A stretch of DNA of 64,000 nucleotides from Amphiscolops sp. MND2022. Its lineage: Eukaryota. The stretch lies in assembly GCA_964187785.1 (NCBI GenBank), contig OZ076409.1:97094001-97158000 (forward strand). Direction: 5' to 3'. Under the pieces are notes generated by a model, which made no database searches, had not been told where the DNA came from, and saw nothing but the letters and a program-made list of their open reading frames with translations. Each line of letters begins with the position of its first letter. Position 1 is the first letter of the stretch. This document shows, piece by piece, positions 51,189 to 64,000 of the stretch. Position numbers and translations under genes: made by a program.

Positions 51189-54100
51189 CTAGAGCCATTT
51201 CTAGAACATCGTTTTTAGTTTGAATTTTTGACCCACTTACACTTTTTCCGATTTCAAAATAGCTTTAACGTAAAAATTCTCTCGAACATTTCGAATCTGA
51301 CTATATACTTTTTCTCGAGAATATTGTAAGTTTTTCAAAATAGTATCTTGATACATGTATTTTTGAAAAAGCCTGAGTTCAGAGCTTTTTTCGGAGATTT
51401 TAGAATGATTTCTCGGATTGGGTTGAGTCGGGTCGTTTTAGTCTACGTTGGGACATGGAGGTACTCTACCCCCAACCCCCCTGTTTTGCTCACACTCTCA
51501 CCACTTACTTCGCCATTCTAGGACATACCCAGTTAACGGAACGATCCATTTTTAGCAGATAGGAGCACCAATATAGTCCAACTCGGATAAAAGAAACATT
51601 TGGATATAAGAAACGTTCTCACTCCTCCGCTCTTATGCAGGACAAACTTTCTACATTAGAGCGCCTGGTAAAAGATACTGTGGATAAAAGAAACGCTTTT
51701 CTTACCGCCCTATGAGTTTTTTTATCGGAGTTTGACTGTAGTTAGTTCCTTCGTTCCATTTTATTAGTTTAAGAAATTAAATTTGCCCTAACTGCACTGA
51801 TGGTTCAATTTCGCTCGCAGTATTTTCCTGTCTAAGTCTATCGGAACAAGGTTCACAATTCTCTAGAATTGGTGCGACTATTTTGTCATCGATCCTCGTA
51901 TCCTATTTTAGCACAGCCAGTTTCACCTTTGTGTCAGAAAAGCAAACTGCAGCTGAATGGTTATGCCAACGCACCAATCATTCTACAGCAGGGTTCTGAC
52001 ATCGCTTCCGCAATTTTCTTTTCGCTAAACCGCTAACTTCAATATCGCTATTTCGCTGAGAATCTTTTTCTCGAAACTATTAAACGTTGGAGTTCAAGTA
52101 TGTTTTGAAATTGACTGATAACTTAATCCAGTTTTTGCGAGAAAAAAAGCCTAGAATTTTTCATACCGTGTGGGTTTTACAAGGGTAAGTGTTGGAGTTT
52201 TTTGAAATTCACTTTGAAACTTCATGTAAACTCAGAGGAAATTTTGAATTTGGACAATCTATCAGTTGTCGCTGATTGGAATCGCTTATAAAATCGCTGA
52301 TTAGGGGTGTCAAAACTCTGATCTACAGGGTTGCATCGCTAGAAGCTCCTTCGGAAGTGCCCTCTTTCAAAGAAAAAAGACTGTTTTTCAAATGCATCTA
52401 TTTTTTTTGCAGCAGCCATGTACGACGATGAATGCTCATTAATGTTAATGAATGGTAGTGATAAAGTGGTCAAAAGCTTTTGAGGAAACAATGTTTCGGT
52501 TTGGTTGAGTAAATGCTTTTTTGGGCTTCGAGTTGTTGGTCTCTCGGTTAGATGCACATCCGCGTGCCGGAGTGTGGACATCTTGTTGCGTTCAGAGTTG
52601 GAACCGGGTCATGATTTTCTACCCGAAGCGCCCGACCCGAGCCTGTTTCAAAAATCCTAACACGACCCGATGTTTTTGAACATTTTAAATACCCGACGAG
52701 ACTGCCCGAAAACGAATTTGTTACCCGAAAGTAAATTGTAAATGATAATCAGGTATAAGCATCATAACTCAAAATTCCCTGAAACTAGAGCTATTTCTAG
52801 AACATCGTTTTTAGTTTGAATTTTTGACCCACTTACACTTTTTCCGATTTCAAAATAGCTTTAACGTAAAAAATTCTCTCGAACATTTCGAATCTGACTA
52901 TATACTTTTTCTCGAGAATATTGTAAGTTTTTCAAAATAGTATCTTGATACATGTATTTTTGAAAAAGCCTGAGTTCAGAGCTTTTTTCGGAGATTTTAG
53001 AATGATTTCTCGGATTGGGTTGAGTCGGGTCGTTTTAGTCTACGTTGGGACATGGAGGTACTCTACCCCCAACCCCCCCCCTGTTTTGCTCACACTCTCC
53101 ACTTACTTCGCCATTCTAGGACATACTCAGTTAACGGAACGATCCATTTTTAGCAGATAGGAACACCAATATAGTCCAACTCGGATAAAAGAAACATTTG
53201 GATATAAGAAACGTTCTCACTCCTCCGCTCTTATGCAGGACAAACTTTCTACATTAGAGCGCCTGGTAAAAGATACTGTGGATAAAAGAAACGCTTTTCT
53301 TACCGCCCTATGAGTTTTTTTTATCGGAGTTTGACTGTAGTTAGTTCCTTCGTTCCATTTTATTAGTTTAAGAAATTAAATTTGCCCTAACTGCACTGAT
53401 GGTTTAATTTCGCTCGCAGTATTTTCCTGTCTAAGTCTATCGGAACAAGGTTCACAATTCTCTCGAATTGGTGCGATTATTTTGTCATCGATCCTCGTAT
53501 CCTATTTTAGCACAGCCAGTTTCACCTTTGTGTCAGAAAAGCAAACTGCAGCTGAATGGTTATGCCAACGCACCAATCATTCTACAGCAGGGTTCTGACA
53601 TCGCTTCCGCAATTTTCTTTTCGCTAAACCGCTAACTTCAATATCGCTATTTCGCTGAGAATCTTTTTCTCGAAACGATTAAACGTTTGAGTTCAAATAT
53701 GTCTTGAAATTGACTGATAACTTAATCCAGTTTTTGCGAGAAAAAAGCCTAGAATTTTTCATACCGTGTGGGTTTTACAAGGGTAAGTGTTGGAGTTTTT
53801 TGAAATTCACTTTGAAACTTCATGTAAACTCAGAGGAAATTTTGAATTTGGACAATCTCTCAGTTGTCGCTGATTGGAATCGCTTATAAAATCGCTGATT
53901 AGGGGTGTCAAAACTCTGATCTACAGGGTTGCATCGCTAGAAGCTCCTTCGGAAGTGCCCTCTTTCAAAGAAAAAAGACTGTTTTTCAAATGCATCTATT
54001 GTTTTTGCAGCAGCCATGTACGACGATGAATGCTCATTAATGTTAATGAATGGTAGTGATAAAGTGGTCAAAAGCTTTTGAGGAAACAATGTTTCGGTTT

Positions 54101-54363
54101 GGTTGAGTAAATGCTTTTTTGGGCTTCGAGTTGTTGGTCTCTCGGTTAGATGCACATCCGCGTGCCGGAGTGTGGACATCTTGTTGCGTTCAGAGTTGGA
54201 ACCGGGTCATGATTTTCTACCCGAAGCGCCCGACCCGAGCCTGTTTCAAAAATCCTAACACGACCCAATGTTTTTGAACATTTTAAATACCCGACGAGAC
54301 TGCCCGAAAACGAATTTGTTACCCGAAAGTAAATTGTAAATGATAATCAGGTATAAGCATCAT
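51189..54363. repeat. Tandem duplication of a ~1.58-kb unit (51189-52764 and 52785-54363)
   Basis: Near-identical copies; ORF-track pair 52339/53937 is offset by 1598. Each copy contains a small TIR element (AGTCCAACTCGGATAAAA...TTTTATCGGAGTTTGACT). Confidence 0.95.
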
Positions 54364-55853
54364 GAGAACTCAAAAATCCCAGTTTTACAACAGAATTCAA
54401 AAGTTCAACATCGGACAGTTTTTTGGAAGACATCTGGGCTCTACGAGCTGTTCGAATAAGACAAGCTTGACTAAAATTTCGTTCACTTCGAGTTTTTCTC
54501 TCTTATTTTATTCTCTTTATTTAATCAATAATACATAAGGACCGCGCGTACTGAAACCGGAGTTTGGTGTTGTAAGAGAAAATACTTTTTTGCCCTTATT
54601 ACATGGCGGGCGTGTCAGTGAAAAGAGTTTGGGTGTCAGTACGCTGCAAGCTGCAGAGCCTCCTTACAGTGTCAATAACGATCCTATAAATAAAATAGGA
54701 TCGAGTAAATAAAATGAATCAATTGCGGAAATTATATAGCCCAGTTTAATGTGTAAATTTTTGTTTCATTTTCCGAATTGTTATACCCGGCCCGAAAAAA
54801 ATTTAAGCTCGAAAAAGCCCACCCGGCCCTGCAACATTTAATCACGTGCTTGGTTCCAACTCTGGTTGCGTTGATCCTTTCCTCAGTCCGCCCATTGACT
54901 GTTTCTCCATTTACACGGGTTTGCGCCTGAAAAAAAACGACATTTGAACCAGAGTTTTGACAGACATCGCTATTTTTTTCGCTAAACCGCTTATTACAAA
55001 ATCGCTATTCGCTGAAAAACGTTTACTTCAAACTATTAAACGTTTGAATTCAAGTATGTTTCAAAATCCAATACTAACCTAATTCAATTTTTGCAAAAAA
55101 GTTCTCAGACTGTGAGTTTTCCAAGTTCCAATTTTTCAATATTTTTGTCCAAAATAGCAAAAATTCACGCTTAGAACTAGCAAGTTTTCTCCGCCATAAA
55201 ATATAACGAGCAATTTTTAACTGTCAGTCAGTGTAATAGATAGGATTATGTCGACATCAATAATTTTATCGGACCAAAATTTCAACGCAAACGATGTTGA
55301 CATAATTGTATTTAAGCCTTGTTTCTTATCTCCCCGCGGCCGCTTCGGGGGAGGGGGGATAAGAAACAGTCCAACTTGTGCATTGATTCAGAAAACTTTT
55401 TGGGTTTAGTTGAAAATTTTTGGGTTATTTGGACTCAAGTGGCTAGAAATGATCGAACTGACATTTTCTTTTTAATGGGTGATTTGCTTGCTGATATACT
55501 CACTAATTGCTATCAACCAATCGATGCTTAGTAATCCAGCAAGACAAGAATAGTGCGTTAATGACGAATAAGTATCGAATTTTCACTCTCAATCTTGATT
55601 GATGAATATCTCCTATCAGCATCAATGATTTGTGCAGACATCATGTCTGGAGCAATCAATGGCATAAGTCGTTAGCATTCGTTGGCATTTGATTTCAATA
55701 GGCTGCGATTCTAATATTAATTGCGATGGTCAAATATGCGAATGTCCAAGTTTGGTCTAGAAATTTAATCTTTTTGCATCGACGCTTATGACTCCTCCAA
55801 TGAAATCATACCTCCATCTGGTATGAGAGTCCATTGTTCATTGGCACTTTTTA

Positions 55854-55980
55854 ATTTCTACCATATTCCATATACAGGAAAATATATCCCTCAGAAGAAA
55901 TAGATTCATTTTTATCCGATAAAAATGAATCTATTTCTTCTGAGGGATATATTTTCCTGTATATGGAATATGGTAGAAAT
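55854..55980. repeat. Perfect palindrome, 63-bp arms with a 1-nt spacer
   Basis: 55854-55916 is the exact reverse complement of 55918-55980. Confidence 0.95.
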
Positions 55981-55981
55981 G

Positions 55982-56248
55982 TCGGCAGCTTGAGAAATTT
56001 AAATCTCACGCTTATACTCACTGCCGAACAAAATACCTGAATTTTTCAGTATCACAAGAATTGTACTGAACAAAAAGTGAAAATCTTGAGGTTGCAATAA
56101 TATTCCTGCTATCGCTTTAGCAGGAATATTATTGCAACCTCAATATTTTCACTTTTTTGTTCAGTACAATTCTTGTGATACTGAAAAATTCAGGTATTTT
56201 GTTCGGCAGTGAGTATAAGCGTGAGATTTAAATTTCTCAAGCTGCCGA
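55982..56248. repeat. Near-perfect palindrome, ~130-bp arms with a 6-nt loop
   Basis: 55982-56111 against 56118-56248; one mismatch and one 1-bp indel seen. Confidence 0.95.
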
Positions 56249-57318
56249 TAACAATTCAATTCTCGTGCGATGGAACGAGCGAGTGGTAATTAACCATTCG
56301 TACGCTGACGTCATTGAGATGAAGCGAGCGAATGTTCGTAATTATGTTTTGGTACGCCGAGTTATTGAGATGAAGCGAATGGGAGCTTCGCCTGCATTCA
56401 TCGTCTTCGCTTAGTAGTCATATTCTCTTTAGTGCGAGAAGAATTAAAGGCGGTGTAAACTGGTAGTGATTAATTGTGCGCTATATAAATGATTAAGATC
56501 TATTATTGAAGATGAAAGCCTAAAAGCAGAAATAATTGTGTGCCCCGCAGGGGTCTATTTTGGAGAAATTAAACGATATAGTCAAAAATAATCCTTTTTG
56601 TTGAATTTTTTCTTCAACGAAAGTGTGCGTATGTGGGGGGAGGAAAAAAGCCAAATAAACTAAAATACATGTAAAAAATTCATGCACTGCACGGGTTGGT
56701 ATAGAAAGCTCTGCTTACCGCACGGTTGTTCTGTCTCCCGTTTGAAGACCCCGAGTGCTGTCTTGTGGGTCAAGTAGCCCCCTTGTGAGTTGTTGACCTC
56801 CGGGGTCAGTCCTCTACTCGCTGCCAGTGGGGCTTGATCGTGGGGGGTCAATTTCGCCGCAGGCATCTGCTGTTTTGACCGCGAAGATATCAGTAAGATG
56901 GATGTGTTTTCTCTCTCGAAGCGTGCGCGTAATATTCTGTCGATGGTAGTTATGACCATTTTCACTCGTCATGACCACTTTTAACAAGACGGGAACGTCT
57001 AAAGTCGGCGCTATATCTAAGGCTCAAAAAGCGCAAAGTTTTTAAAATTGTAAAAGAGGGCCCTTTCGACTTTTTGAAAATCCAGTTAGTTGCAAAATGT
57101 CAAAAAATTGAAGGGGGGACCCTTTGGAGACATTTTAAAAAATTCGAAATTTTCTTTAGTCCTTTAGTCCGAGAAGAATTAAAGGCGTTGTAAACTGGTA
57201 CAGTGATTAATTGTGCGCTATATAATGATAAAACGGGAGTGTTTAGTTATTCCAGATATGCTTCTATTAATGAACGTGAAAGCCTAAAGCAGAACTGATA
57301 CTGTGCCCTGCAGGGACC

Positions 57319-57805
57319 TTTTTTAGTCGGCGCTTTTATTAATAAAAGAGCCCGACTATTACAGTCACTTCTTTTTTAATTTTTTAAAAGACACTCTAGA
57401 AGCGACGAAATTTTCTGATCAGTTTGTTCAACTAAACGAATACGTGGGAAACGCATCTAAGTTATTGCAAATGGTCCCCCCTTTTAGTTTTTTGCTATTT
57501 AAACGTAACATACAAAACAGGATGAGACTAAAGGGTCCCCCTTTTCATTTTTTTTCGGAACCGATTTTTTTTGTCTTCAAAGGGTCCCCCTTCGATTTTA
57601 TTTATAAAGTCCCGCCTCGTAATATCCGGAATTAAGCGCTATATCCGAACTGTTGACATTATACCCGAACTATATTGCGTTTTTGTAAAGAGGATTCGGA
57701 GGTCCGAAAACAAGAGTTTCTCATGAAAACGTTCTACGCATATTTCAAATCTGCGCTTTTTGAGCCTTAGACATAGCGCCGACTTTAGACTTTCCCGTCT
57801 TGTTT
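57319..57805 (+). mobile_element. HINE-like element
   Basis: TTTTTTAGTCGGCGCTTTTATTAATAAAAGAGCCCGACT ... GCGCCGACTTTAGACTTTCCCGTCTTGTTT. Confidence 0.7.
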
Positions 57806-58909
57806 AGTTCTGATTTTATCAATTGTTGGAATTAACCCTTCAGTAAAAAGATTATTGGAACACGCTAATTTTGAAAAAAAACAATCCTGATTGTAGTTTC
57901 GTAAACTTTCAACTTCCTGCACTGTAATTAATTGTTCACGTTGCATGACAACATCCCAGGGTGTTCGGAAAACTAAATAAAATGCACTTTGTATCTAATC
58001 GGTATTGAAATTTGTGCCGCCTTCGGAACCTCTACATCGTATTTTCCACCCGTTACGCGGGCAGTTAGAGTGCCCTCGCTCCGCTCCCTGGCACTGTCGA
58101 TACCCCTGGCACTGGAATCAATTTTTTTTCGGAACGGTGTGCCCAAAGAGTTATTTTGGAAGCTATATGGGTTACCAGACAAAAGCGCCCAGATTAATGT
58201 CAAAAGCGCCCCCATTGAAAGGCTAAAGGGGGTTTGCTGATTCTGTAGTAAACTAGATGAAATTCTAAAAGTTTTACTTCTGACGTTTTTTCGAATTTTT
58301 AACCGAATTAGAGAAAAACGAGCCTAAACTCGCCCGGGGAATGATTTCCTAATCACAGTATTGTATTTACGATTGCATTTGAGCAATTTACTGTGTAGGC
58401 CGCTGCAAAATCGCAAAACTACATTCAAAATTCCCGAACCAATCAGATGGAAATTTTTATTTCTTGCAGCCTCTCTAGTAGCATGATAAAATTGTATGCT
58501 AATCTTGAATGTCTATTTTGTTAAAATTGACTGTCTAATTATTGGAATTAGCCAATTGGAATCAAGATTGATGAAGCAAGCTGATTTTGGAAAACAAATT
58601 TCAATGACGGTTTTCAAATCTTGAACGTCTGACACTGGAGGACTTAAATAAACAATAGCAGAAACAAAGCTTTTTGCGAGCATAGAGGGCCACTAGGCTT
58701 TTTCGGCACTATGCTACTCACCTACGAATGTTTAAAACATTGAAAACAATTTATAAATATTTTCAAAAAATTTCCCGCAATTTTGTTTTTTTTTTGAGGT
58801 TTTCTAAAGGAAAACTTTTCCGAGAGGGTGAACTCTTCAATTATTTTTTGATCCTGTGGAACTGATAATTTTTCTTTAACGATTGTGGAAAAAACCTACG
58901 GCTTCTTTT

Positions 58910-59130
58910 TTCGGCGCTGTGAGACTTTTTTGGATAAAGTTTTCAATTGATCAAAAAGTACCTCTTTCGGCGCTGTGCGACTTTTTTGGATAAAATTTTC
59001 AATTGATCAAAGTGTACCCCTCTCGGCGCTGTGCGACTTTTTCGGATAATTTTTTTCAATTGATCAAAGTGTACCTCTTTCGGCGCTGTGCGACTTTGGA
59101 TAAAATTTTCAATTGATCAAAGTGTACCTC
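58910..59130. repeat. ~56-bp minisatellite, 4 copies
   Basis: Repeated TCGGCGCTGTGCGACTTT...TTTTCAATTGATCAAAGTGTACC. Confidence 0.9.
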
Positions 59131-59388
59131 AATCACTTTAAAATGTAAGTTGGAATGGTCATAACTGGTTTAAGGAGAGAAAGTCGAGATGGCTGTTGCT
59201 ATTAGTGGCAGTGGCGGCCATGGTAACAATGCATGCACTGCAGATGAACATGATGACAAGAGTTGAGTATGTCGCTTCCTGAAACCAACAATGCCTCCTC
59301 ATTTCAATCCTCCCAATAAAAACTCACACTGATTTATTAGCGGTGCCTTCAAACCCCAAAATACACTGTTATCCAGTATAAATTATAT

Positions 59389-59734
59389 GGTGTCAGGACA
59401 TTTCATCCTATGCAACTTCAAGCTATGCAATTTCAACCTATCGTATATTCAACCTTCCGGGATTTCGACCTAAACTGATTTTGGCTAATGGATCATAATT
59501 AGTTATATAAATATTTTAGGTGGTTTTCGTTTCCATCATTTCTAAATTCGAATGTGCTAATTTTTACGACAGCAGTTTTGATCCGTTTTGGCTTCTTCGT
59601 GAATAATTACCAATAATTAGAGCTTCTTGGTTTATTACTAACTATTGTACTGAAATGATAACTTAACCGAATTCGGAGTAATTAGCCAAAATTAGTATAG
59701 GTCGAAATTGCATAGGACGAGATGTCATGTAACC
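59389..59734. mobile_element. Mutator-like MITE
   Basis: Imperfect TIRs (GACATTTCATCCTATGCAA / TTGCATAGGACGAGATGTC); 9-bp TSD AAATTATAT/AAATTATCT with one mismatch. Confidence 0.7.
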
Positions 59735-60449
59735 AAATTATCTGTATCAATCAGTACGAACAACGAATAAATTACATCTACTAATGCTCAAATGTTAATC
59801 GAGGAAAAGTAGAAACTAATTCTTGATAGAACTGAACCACACAAGAACGTTTGAATTACAGCGACGTTTTTTATTGTCCACGATAAAGACTGTATGTACG
59901 TGTGACAAAATTGATAGCGAATCATTGAGAAGTTGTTACCAAACGAAACGCGTAATTTTTCGTTCAGTGAATGAATCAATACAGGGTACCATATTTTGTC
60001 ATTCATTTATTCGTACGTTGATTCTCTCCAATAACGTCTTATTTAATTTTTGTATTAAGACAATAATTGCAAGTTTGCTCACTGCTGTAGTAGTTACCGT
60101 AAATAAACAAAAATGGCGCTGGTATTTTTAGGAATCGCAAAAATTTTTCGACTACTTATATGCACTCGTACCGTACCTTTTTTCTCCAGACCTTTCAATG
60201 GAAATTTCAAATTTCTCAAAAACTGTCCTTACGATTTTTATAAAATTTAGCACAGTCATTCTACACCCAAAGGTGCTTCTGTGTGCGCTATGACATCAAA
60301 ATCGTATGACTGGGATCTTAGAAACATAGTCAAAATTAGTCTAAAAATGACCAGAAAACTGAAATTTTGGGGTTTTTTCGATATCCTCAAAAACAGTCCA
60401 TACGATTCGAACGAATTTCTTACAATTTTCAACTAAAATCTATAGTCCA

Positions 60450-60949
60450 TTTTTTAGTCGGCGCTTTTATTAATAAAAGAGCCCGACTATTACAGTCACT
60501 CGTTTTTTTTTCTTTTTTTTTAAGACAGTCTCGAAACGACGAACGTTAAAATTAACGTTCAAAATCTTCAACTAAAGGAAACTAAACGAATACCCCGGAA
60601 ACGCATTCCAAAGGGTCCCCCCTTTCGTTTTTTACGTTTTAAGCGTTACCTACAAACTTGGGCGGGACTAAAGGGTCCCCCCTTTCGATTATTTTTTCGG
60701 CACTGTGCGACTTTTTTTTTCGAAATTTTTTTTGTCTCCAAAGGGTCCCCCCTTTCATTTTTTACATTTTAAACGTAACCTACAAAACCGGCCGAGGCTA
60801 AAGGGTCCCCCCTTTTGATTTTTTCGGCACTGTGCGACATTTTTCGAAAGAAAAAATTTTTCGAAAATTTCAAGTTTTTTTCCAAAAAAAATGTTTTGCG
60901 CTTTTTGAGCCTTAGATATAGCGCCGACTTTAGACGTTCCCGTCTTGTT
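60450..60949 (+). mobile_element. HINE-like element
   Basis: Same termini as the 57319 copy; 3' stem-loop AGACG-TTCC-CGTCT; internal AAAGGGTCCCCCC repeats. Confidence 0.75.
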
Positions 60950-62785
60950 GCATGCTTCCAGTAAAACGTATCCGGTTTGCAATTGTCTGTTCAAAAAACT
61001 CAAAAATTGAAGCTGTTTTAGGAAAGTTTACAATTGAAAAGTTACTACTGGATTTACTAATCCCAAAAGTTTTTGTGCAAGCGATGAATGTACATTTCAA
61101 TTTTTCTCGCTGGCAGAAATATTACTAAGCCGAATTATCCAAACTGAAAACTTGTTTTGGTGGACCGTTTGGTTTAATACAGCCTTGTACACCTGATATG
61201 TGAAATCGTCCAATGGGGGTCTCTTTGGCATCTTGAAATACGCTTTAGATTTTATCCGGAAAGTGCAAAAATTTGTTGATTCAATGAGAGTTATGTGATC
61301 TGGCGACATGAAAACTAGTCACTTTAACAGTTGGGTTATGAGACTTTCCCCTTTTCAGCTTTGTGAGACTTTTCTTCGAAATTTTTTTCATGTCATTTGT
61401 CTTTTCAGAGGTGTTCGATATTCAGGGCCCCTTAATGTTTTTCGCCACTGACTATAATGATTACGTTTCTTTTAAAGTCAATGATGAGTTGTGTCAGTAG
61501 CGTTCTAAAATATTGCAACTCCATGGCTTAAATTAGCAAATTTCAAATCCAAATACCTCGAAAATTGTCACGGATACGGAAAATCGTCAGCTAGGGAAGT
61601 TTCACGGAATTTTGCGTAGTTTTCAAAATATTTCGTTCAAAATTTATGTGAAAAAAAACTTAAGGCCATTAGAAATCGTAAATTTCGACAATTTTAATTG
61701 AGATTTATTAATTAAAAAGTTTAAAAATTATTTTTGGAAAAATTTTGGCCTAATATGTGCCCCAAATTTCCTGAGGACGCTGGTATAACTTGTTTGAAAA
61801 CCTTTTTCGATTTCTGAATACTCTTATAACCTATCTTAATACATGTATTGCAGTGCTCATAGACACAAAAATAGAATGTATTTTTTTCTGACTCAAAACA
61901 AATTCTCTATCAGGAAAATTAACTGGGTTCAGATTATAAGGAGTCTCCAAATAACCAAAAACTTCAAAATTCTATATTTAAGCCTCTCATATCAAACAAC
62001 TCAAATTTCTATGAAATTTCCAAGAATTTGCAATTTCTAACTTTCTCAAAAAGTCGTAGGTAGAAGTTTCAACAAACATTCTCGTAAAACTTTTGTAGCT
62101 GAAAAATTTTGTGTTAGTGACAGTTTTAAAATATTTGGGTTTGAAAATTTAAGCAATGGATGTTTTAGAACGCTAATGGATACTGCATGGGCGTGTTAAA
62201 AGTTTGAAGGAGATACTTGAAAATTCTTATTTGAAAAATTGAAACTTTCAACTCACTGATGTCATGCTATTGAGGTGGTGTTTCCGAGTTGACGATGGAC
62301 TAGTAGAATGTTGACAAGATAGGAGAATTTATTTCTACTGTTTTTTACTGTTTTTTTGTTTATTCAATACTGGCGACCTCACAGGAGAATTGATTTTTCA
62401 ACCAGTTTCGAAAATTTTCCACCAAAATCAATTTCAATAGCAGATTGAATATTTTAATTATAGTAATTTGTGGCTGAAACATTCGATAGTCGATACTTTC
62501 GTTGTGAACAAAATGGCAGTTCCTTCGCTTGTTTTTCGTTTTCAGTATATCACCTGACGTTTTCGTAGATCCATAACTTGTAGATACTTTTTATATGCGT
62601 TTTTATTGAATACTACCTCTATTTTCAGCTTCTTGCGTCAGAAGATGGTCGCAATGTTGATATCGAATTTTGATACTACTGAACTCCAGTGGGTCGATAA
62701 GATACCCGAAGAACGTTTCCGCAAAAAATGATAGAAGATTTTCACACGTTTCATTGCCTGCTCATTTTATGTATTCTTTCTTCAA

Positions 62786-63999
62786 TTTTTTAGTCGGCGC
62801 TTTTCCATTAAGGGAAAAATGCCCGACTATAGCAGTGACTGTTTTTAGTCGGCGCCTTTTCCCTTAAGGAAAAAAGCCCGACTCTTACAGTTAGTAGTTT
62901 TTTTTGTTTTTTTTTCAGTTGACAATCTCACTCTGAGTGGTCCACTTTTCTTACAATCTTTGTTCACATTTGTTCAACTAATTTTCTGAGAAGCAGGGGA
63001 TCGTGGGTTCGATTCTCGCACTAAACCACAAATTTTTTATGCTTCCAAAAGTAGATGCGAGACCAAAGCTTTGTTTCGTTTCGTTTGATTTTTCGTTTTT
63101 TTTCGGCACTATGCGACTTTTTTTTCGAAAATTTTCGGAATCTATCAATTGCATTTTTTTGAAGTTTTCGGTTTGTAAAAACGTTTAATGAGCCTGAATG
63201 GCCTCTTTTTGAGTTTTTCGGCATTGTGCGACTTTCTAAAAAAATCCTTTTTTCCAAAAAAAAATTTCAAAAGGTCCCCCCTTTGAGTTTTTTGATATTT
63301 TGCAACGGAATGTTTGTTAATAAATCCAGAAGGGTCCCCCCTTTTACATTTTTCGGCACTATACGACTTCTTTTGAAAGAAAAAATTTTATCAAAAATTT
63401 CAATTTTTTTCCAAAAAAAGTGTTTTACGCTTTTTGAGCCTTAGATATGGCGCCGACTTTAGACGTTCTCGTCTTGTTTCTTCAGGCTACAATCCTCACA
63501 CTGATCGGTCCACTTTTCTTACAATTCTAACAATCGTAAAATCTTACAATTCTTACTTCGCAAATTTGAAATACTGGCGCAAAAGCTTGCGAAGTAGTAT
63601 TTTTACATCATCTAAGAAACTCAAAGGGTACTCCCTTAGAGTATTTTCGGCTCTGTGAGACTTTTTTCGAAAAAAAAATTCCCCAAAGGGTCCCCCTTCA
63701 ATTTTTTTGGAGTTTTCCGACAGAACGGATGTTGAAAATTCCCAAAGAGTCCCCCTTTCAGTTTTTTCGGCATTGTGAGACTTTTTTCAAATTTTTTTCA
63801 CCAAAAGTGCCCCTCCAATTTTTTTTGATGATTTGTCACAGAATGGATGAAAAATCTCAGTGTCCCCTCTGGTGCGCCAATTCGGTTCAACTTTTGGGTT
63901 TTTCCGGTACCGTAGAAGAGTACTTTGACACTTTGAAGTCCTTTTGCTCTTTTTGAGCCTTAGATATGGCGCCGACTTGGGCCGTTCCCGGCTTGTTTT
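62786..63999 (+). mobile_element. Two nested HINE-like elements (inner copy 62842-63479)
   Basis: Two successive 5' ends (TTTTTAGTCGGCGC at 62786 and 62842) and two successive 3' ends (63479 and 63999). Confidence 0.7.
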
Positions 64000-64000
64000 C

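Noticed and set aside
55440..55850. Possible LINE endonuclease remnant on the minus strand
   Set aside because: Only faint motif resemblance with many stops; cannot be supported without a search.
61097..61309. 70-aa minus-strand ORF as an exon
   Set aside because: No recognisable domain and no convincing acceptor.

Overview
AT-rich, repeat-dense eukaryotic (metazoan-like) genomic DNA with spliceosomal introns; it is not prokaryotic. The one complete host gene is protein phosphatase 1 inhibitor-2 (IPP-2/PPP1R2-like; 4 coding exons, 16313..48918, + strand, 225 aa). Its ~23.8-kb second intron has a GC donor and is mostly filled by a ~20-kb higher-order tandem array: eight ~2.5-kb monomers, each joining an LTR promoter segment to fragments of an unidentified minus-strand gene. 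The window also holds the terminal exon of a class A GPCR (NPxxY), and the 3' end of an LTR retroelement with an env-like ORF plus up to three extra, apparently spliced ORFs before the PPT and LTR. Other elements are a 1.55-kb solo LTR containing an open ORF, two degenerate CR1/L2-group LINEs, many MITEs and Helentron-like (HINE) repeats, a 1.6-kb tandem duplication, two abutting long palindromes and a 200-N assembly gap. All calls come from reading the sequence; no database searches were run.
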